A DNA stretch of 64,000 nucleotides from Candidatus Limnocylindrales bacterium (GTDB taxonomy: Bacteria; Moduliflexota; Moduliflexia; Moduliflexales; JAUQPW01). The translations under genes and the position numbers were made by a program. This document shows, piece by piece, positions 58,849 to 64,000 of the stretch (its first letter is position 1; every line of letters starts with the position of its first letter). Under the pieces are notes generated by a model. It was not told the DNA's origin. It saw only the letters and a list, made by a program, of their open reading frames with translations, and searched no databases. The stretch spans positions 1 through 64,000 of the forward strand of contig DATMBG010000021.1 of NCBI GenBank assembly GCA_035559535.1, in the 5' to 3' direction.

Positions 58849-61800
58849 TTACTTTACCCTGATCTCAATACCCGGGATCGTCCCGACTTTTTCTGCATCA
58901 TACATGTCGTGAACGGATATATAAAGCCTGCCATACCCCGGACGGATAGCAACGGCATCGACCGTGAGTTCTTCTCGCTCGATAGGGAGGTAAGCGGTTT
59001 GTGCGTTGGCTCCTCCTTTGAGTAAGGCCAGGTTACCGGGCAAGAAAAGCCGTACCAGCGGAGCAAGAGCCTGCTCTCTGGGGGTAATGGTGATCTGGAC
59101 CCGTTCACCCACGCGAAGCCGGGCCTTGGTCAGTTTAACCGCAAACTGGAAATGAGCCCGTGGCTCCAGGTGATTGATCTCGATCTCTTCATCTATCCGC
59201 ACCATCAGGTTATCGTTGAGGGCTGTGACTTCCTGACCTATGGTAACATCCTTCAATATGACTTCCTTCCCGTCTATCACCGCCCGAGGGGATGGGTCAA
59301 ACCGAAGAAAGGCCAGCAATTCTACCAATGCTCGGGTATCGGCCGTGGAGTATAGCATGCCGTTGATTAGCCTGCTGGTAACAAAGGTAAACGCCGGACG
59401 AAATAATTCATCCCCGGCATGGTACATTACTCTGGCAACATCGGCAGTTACCTCTAGATTACCGCCCCAGGCCGACTTTGCTTTCCAGTAGGCCTTGTCC
59501 CCTTCTCGCTGAACGGTCCGGCGCAAAAATTGTAAAGATATATCGCGTTGGTTATTGCCGGCAAAGTAGTAGGCAACTGCGTCTTCCGGGCCAGACATCT
59601 CCCTACGGAAATGCATATCCAAAAGTAGAAGTGCATTATCCCGATACCCGGCTCTGAGCAAAGCACCTTTGGCTTTATTCAACATGGTCTCGGCCAGAGG
59701 AAATGGTAGATCTCGCAACCCCAGCAGACGGTGTACCACACGTGCTGTAATGTCTATTTCAGGCTGTCCCCCACACCAGAGGGAATATAAACCGTCGGGA
59801 TATTGGAATGTCGACAGGTGGTGTAGGCCTGCAAGTATACGGCCATGGGTAGCAGGCAAGTCCCCAGGTACCACCCCGCTAACAATGCCACAATAGGCTA
59901 CGGCCAGCCCATACAGGGCGCTTGCGGTCTGCTCTGCTCAGCCAAAGGGGTAGTGAATCAGGGCAGTAACAGTGTCCCTCAGTACCGGTCCCATGGAAGG
60001 GTAAACGACCACCCGCTCACCCTGGACGGTCTGACCCTGGTCCAGGATCATCAACCGGGAAGCCGTCACCTTCTGCACCCCGGGTCCATCTATGGCACGA
60101 ACACTCCAATCTGATCCGGTCTGATTTTCAATGCGAACCTCCACACGACCTGGGCCTTTGATCAAGATGCATTCCGTACCCTCACCCTGGACCCGAGTTT
60201 GGGTTCTATCAAAAGGCGTGGCAATAATCAGATCAGCAGGCTCGCGGGTATGATAATGAACCGCGGCGGTAATAGCATCTCCGACACTGGCAATGGTGGG
60301 TAGATCCAACTCAGCATATAGTGGTTTATCCACTTGAATATCCGAAGTGAGTTCGCGGTAGTCTACCTCCTGGAATAAGTAAGCCCGCACACGCCAGGTA
60401 CCAATCTGATCCCCCAATTTGACCTTGCGTGAAACCTGACCATTCAGGCAAAGTAGCTCCAGGTGGACCATCTCAGGGAACTCCATGCGGATAGGAGCTA
60501 CCATTACCTCCGGTAGCTTGTCTGTAGTCATGAGGAAGTCTAACTCACGCGCAGCCCCCGCCGGGCTGATGTCGGACTGCAGAGAGAAATCTTTTTGAAA
60601 GCTCATAATGATGTCGGGCTCCATAATAAGGAAATCAAGGTCACCAGGTAGAACTAAGTCCTCGTCTTGTAGGTTAGATACCGACCCGGCAGCCAAACTA
60701 TGGGTCGCCTCTCGGATGCTTTCGTAAATCCTTTTGGCGAGTTTGGGGAGGAGGCTCTCGTGTTCCAGTCGGGCGTCGTAGACCAGAAGCAGACAAAAAA
60801 GTGGATGGATGGAAGACCCAACAGGGGAGATAGAGGAAGGAAGATCACCATTTTCAGTCCCCGATTTTGGATCCTGAACCTCTCCACCATTCTCCCATGT
60901 TGTTTTAAGGTGGATTGTAACTTCTTCACCGGGCTGTGCAGTGGCCGGCACGGTTAGCATGGCTTCAAACGCCAGTGGCTTGATCACAACGCCCCAACCC
61001 TCAAAGGGTTTTTCTCGGGTAAATGCCCCAACCGTGAACAGGGTATAGGGTGCTTCGGCGTCAAACTCGAGGGTTTCACCCTGTTTGAGGTCGGCCCGGT
61101 CGATTACCTGGCTGATTCCGGTACGTGGGTTGAAGACGATGAGCTGGGTCGTTAACAGGTCTGTAACCACCTGCAGTCTGCCTCTGACTGCCTGGATACT
61201 TTCCAGGACCAGGGGAGTCCTGTTAACTTCACCCAAACCGACATAAAAGCCCCGCAAAGGCTGAGCGTTCTCCCAGGGTATCAACCCCATCCTGGCCGTC
61301 TGACCCAGCAGGTTGATCGGGATAGGTTTTCGTTCTTTGACACCGGTTCCCGGAAACGAAACAAGCGCTGTATGACCTTCTGGCGTGATGACTTGTACAT
61401 GGAACGGACCACTATGATTTGAAAGATTAAATTGACCCCGAACGATACCCTTTTTGGCCTTTACCTTTTGCACGGCTACTACGCATTCACTACAAACCTG
61501 GCATTGCAATCCAAGCTCCACCGGACCCGAATAGGGTGTGGAAAGCAAAAATAGCTTGAGGGTGAAGGTAAGATATTGTCCTGTATACTGATATGTTTCC
61601 AGGATAGCCAGAAGGGGGGAAAGGGTAAACTCGGCTACACTGAAGGTACATTCAGCCTGGGTATTATCGGATAAGGTAACGATGGCCTTATACTCCCCTT
61701 CTTTTAGATCTGGGTAACGATGCAAAGCCAGACCTCCTGGATTGAGAGTTACCTTTGCCTCATACACCTTTTGTCCGGCCAGTTGGATCTCAACAGCGGC

Positions 61801-62196
61801 TTCATCCTCCGCCATATCCGGTGCAACAATGAACAGAGCTGCCTCGCTACCGGTTCGGTAAATCTTACGGTCGGTCACCACGGTCAGTAATTTAAGCGAA
61901 GGCCAGGGAAGTCGAGGCCGATCAGGTAATGATCCCTCTTGTCCCCTTGTTTTACCGCCGCCCGAGTTATCCCCGAAACTCACCCCGTGCCGGTGGAGCG
62001 AAAGGATCGTAGTCGCACAGTAGGTTTGAAGGGTTCCATCTACCTCTAACGTCACGGGGTGTTCGTTATCGGCCTGGACAAAGATAAACTGCTGGCCGAC
62101 AAATACCCGGTCGTATAAGTAACCTATATTCTGTTTACAATGGATACATACTTCAGCGTCAGCCGGATTAGGACGGAAACAGGTGGAACAATACAT
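58849..62196 (-). CDS. Alpha-2-macroglobulin family protein, 1115 aa, with in-frame UGA (putative Sec753) at the thioester cysteine
   Basis: The two track ORFs are in frame and joined by 21 sense codons after TGA (59938-59940). A2M motifs TDRKIYRTG, IRMEFPE, LGDQIGTWRV, KPLYAELDLP, YPFG-U-AEQT, FQYPDGLYSLW, DMYDAE. Confidence 0.82.
59903..59925 (-). promoter_or_regulatory. Bacterial SECIS-like stem-loop downstream of the in-frame UGA
   Basis: UGA-GCAGAGCAGACC-GCAAGC-GCCC-UGUAU-GGGC-UGGC; apical loop has GU at +24/+25. Confidence 0.65.
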
Positions 62197-62325
62197 AGAA
62201 ATCTCCTTTTTAATAACACTGATTTAAGAGTACTGGGTATCGAGTACTAGTAAATCAGTCCAGAGGGCCTGGTAGAGTGTCTAGGCAGATCTGGTAGACG
62301 TAGAAATTCTCTTTCCTTTCAGGGA

Positions 62326-64000
62326 TTACGGCCTGGGGAAAGCGGGAGGCATTGGCTCGATACAACCACTTCGACCCGCGTTCCGACAACGATCGTACTC
62401 ATCTTTTCTGCTATCGTAGTCGAGCCAGGCGTCTGCAGCGTCATTGGCCTGCCGCTCACCCATCAAATAGCTAAAGCGCTCAGCTTCGTTTCGGAATACC
62501 CTGCCTCTGGGATCTCGATAAGTACGAAACCCGATGAGTTGCCGTTCCTCCTCTGTACGGAAGGTAACGCTCAGGATTTGTCGCAGGTGCCGGGCCATAT
62601 AGGCTGCCTGGGCGTGGCCGTGTGCTGCGGCTTTATCGTACCAGAAGATGGCGGTGTTACGATCCTGGGGAACCCCCATACCATACTCGTAAGCGCGTCC
62701 TAAGCGGAACTCGCCCAGGTCATGGCCTTGCCTGGCACTCAAGGCATACCAATAGGCAGCGGTCATCCAATCCTCGGGTACCCCCTTGCCATCTTCGTAA
62801 AGGGCACCCAGGTTGCTCTGCGCCGTAGCGTTACCCTGCCGGGCCGAGAGCTGATACCACCGAGCTGCTTCGGTGTAATTCTGGAGGACTCCTTCCCCGT
62901 ACTCATATTGATACCCTATCTGTAATTGAGCCTGATCATAACCCAGTTTTGCCGCCTCCAGAAACCGTTGTGCGGCCGCTGCATAGTCCCCGGCGAGATA
63001 AAGTTCTTTGCCCTGCTCAAAGAGCGTGCGGGCATGGGTGGTTGCCTCGGTACTGGGGGTCGAGGGCTGACTTTGAATCGCATCGGAAGTAGATCCCCTT
63101 TCAGGTAGGGTCGACTGCGCCATCCCTGGTTTCGGTGGGGACGGAAAAGACCTGTCGTCTCTATCTGGTTCCTTGAGGTTCGTCTGTATCTCACTACTTC
63201 GTCGCCACACACCTGTGCCGAGATTACCTGTGGCTATCAGCGTGTCTGTATCCGGCAATTGATAAGTGCCCTCATCTGTATAACCGTGGGTTGACTTTAA
63301 ACTCCAATGTCCGTCCTTGATCGTAACACTTCCGCTATGGGGGGCCGGAGAGCCGGGCCCTTCACTTCGGAAGTTGTAAGTACCATCAGATTGGATCTCC
63401 CATATCCAGCGTGCCACACCCCTTGCATTGGGTACCTTGAGTTCCCAGATACCCACCACTGACGGCTCAACCGGACCGACAATGGCCGAAGTAGTTTCCG
63501 AAGGTTGTAACTTTGAGGAATCTTTCTTACCCACACGGACCCATAGTATAGTACCTTCCTTATCGGTCATCTCCAACCTATCGGCCTGAAGAATTTCATA
63601 GGTAGCTTCTGTGATCGGTCCATCAACCGGTATCATCTTCAACTGCCCATTGTCGGCTTCCACATGCATCTTAACTTCTGCACTCGAAATGACACGAATC
63701 GAATGGCCATTTGGACTGATCCGCCAAACCAGGGTCAACGGAATACCGTCCTTTACTACACTTGCCTGCCAGAGACCCACCAGGGCCGAATTTAATGGAT
63801 TTTGCGGAGACCCTCCTTGAGGAGCAGCCAAAACCTTATCTAAAAAAATAGGATCTATACCCGACGGTCGTGTTCCGGACGGAATCCGGGTCCATTGAAT
63901 TTCATCATAAGGGGATCCGGCTTCCTGGGTCGAAAAGGCATTGGTACTCTTCACAGCATATTTGCCATGGGCAAGATCCCCAGGCTTATTGGGAACCCTT
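62326..64000 (-). CDS. Sel1-repeat protein with repeated beta-rich domains (5' end outside window)
   Basis: Sel1 repeats (AQLQIG..YEYGEGV..NY.EAA.WY..SA.QG); two similar VGxW...WxIxxxG domains; frame stays open to the window end. Confidence 0.85.
   Translation of the reverse strand, partial: RVPNKPGDLAHGKYAVKSTNAFSTQEAGSPYDEIQWTRIPSGTRPSGIDPIFLDKVLAAPQGGSPQNPLNSALVGLWQASVVKDGIPLTLVWRISPNGHSIRVISSAEVKMHVEADNGQLKMIPVDGPITEATYEILQADRLEMTDKEGTILWVRVGKKDSSKLQPSETTSAIVGPVEPSVVGIWELKVPNARGVARWIWEIQSDGTYNFRSEGPGSPAPHSGSVTIKDGHWSLKSTHGYTDEGTYQLPDTDTLIATGNLGTGVWRRSSEIQTNLKEPDRDDRSFPSPPKPGMAQSTLPERGSTSDAIQSQPSTPSTEATTHARTLFEQGKELYLAGDYAAAAQRFLEAAKLGYDQAQLQIGYQYEYGEGVLQNYTEAARWYQLSARQGNATAQSNLGALYEDGKGVPEDWMTAAYWYALSARQGHDLGEFRLGRAYEYGMGVPQDRNTAIFWYDKAAAHGHAQAAYMARHLRQILSVTFRTEEERQLIGFRTYRDPRGRVFRNEAERFSYLMGERQANDAADAWLDYDSRKDEYDRCRNAGRSGCIEPMPPAFPRP

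Noticed and set aside
59938-59940. Genome-wide UGA reassignment (Trp or Gly) as the explanation of the in-frame TGA
   Set aside because: TGA ends conserved genes at their normal C-termini (1633, 36483, 39025, 43272) and no other gene in the window has an internal TGA

Overview
Bacterial chromosomal window in the standard genetic code (many conserved genes end at TGA). The left part holds housekeeping and metabolic genes: yvcK, a D-2-hydroxyacid dehydrogenase, a flavin amine oxidase, thiolase/hbd, a DUF2298 membrane protein, pepA, thioesterases, a WD40 protein, a FlK-thioesterase/TPP-enzyme fusion, a ferritin-like protein, a long-type ispG, SirB1-like, HAD and TPR genes. The centre and right hold a GH2 glycosidase and a general-stress cluster behind divergent sigma54 promoters, a complete alternative complex III + SCO + A2-type caa3 oxidase operon, yihY, and a lipoprotein/hybrid kinase/sigma54-activator module. 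The standout is at 58849-62196 (-). Two ORF-track entries are one 1115-codon alpha-2-macroglobulin-family gene whose thioester motif reads YPFG-[TGA]-AEQT. The TGA sits exactly at the thioester cysteine position and is followed by a bacterial SECIS-like hairpin. This points to a selenocysteine (selenoester) macroglobulin that also lacks a signal peptide and has an N-terminal zinc ribbon; a nonsense mutation or sequencing error is the alternative. Also notable: an ActG-like subunit fused to a copy of the CoxII cytochrome c domain, four canonical sigma54 promoters with a shared GGTA-N6-TACC palindrome, four secreted repeat proteins, and many inverted short-repeat/REP elements, some in frame inside genes. 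No rRNA, tRNA, CRISPR array or intact transposase was recognised.
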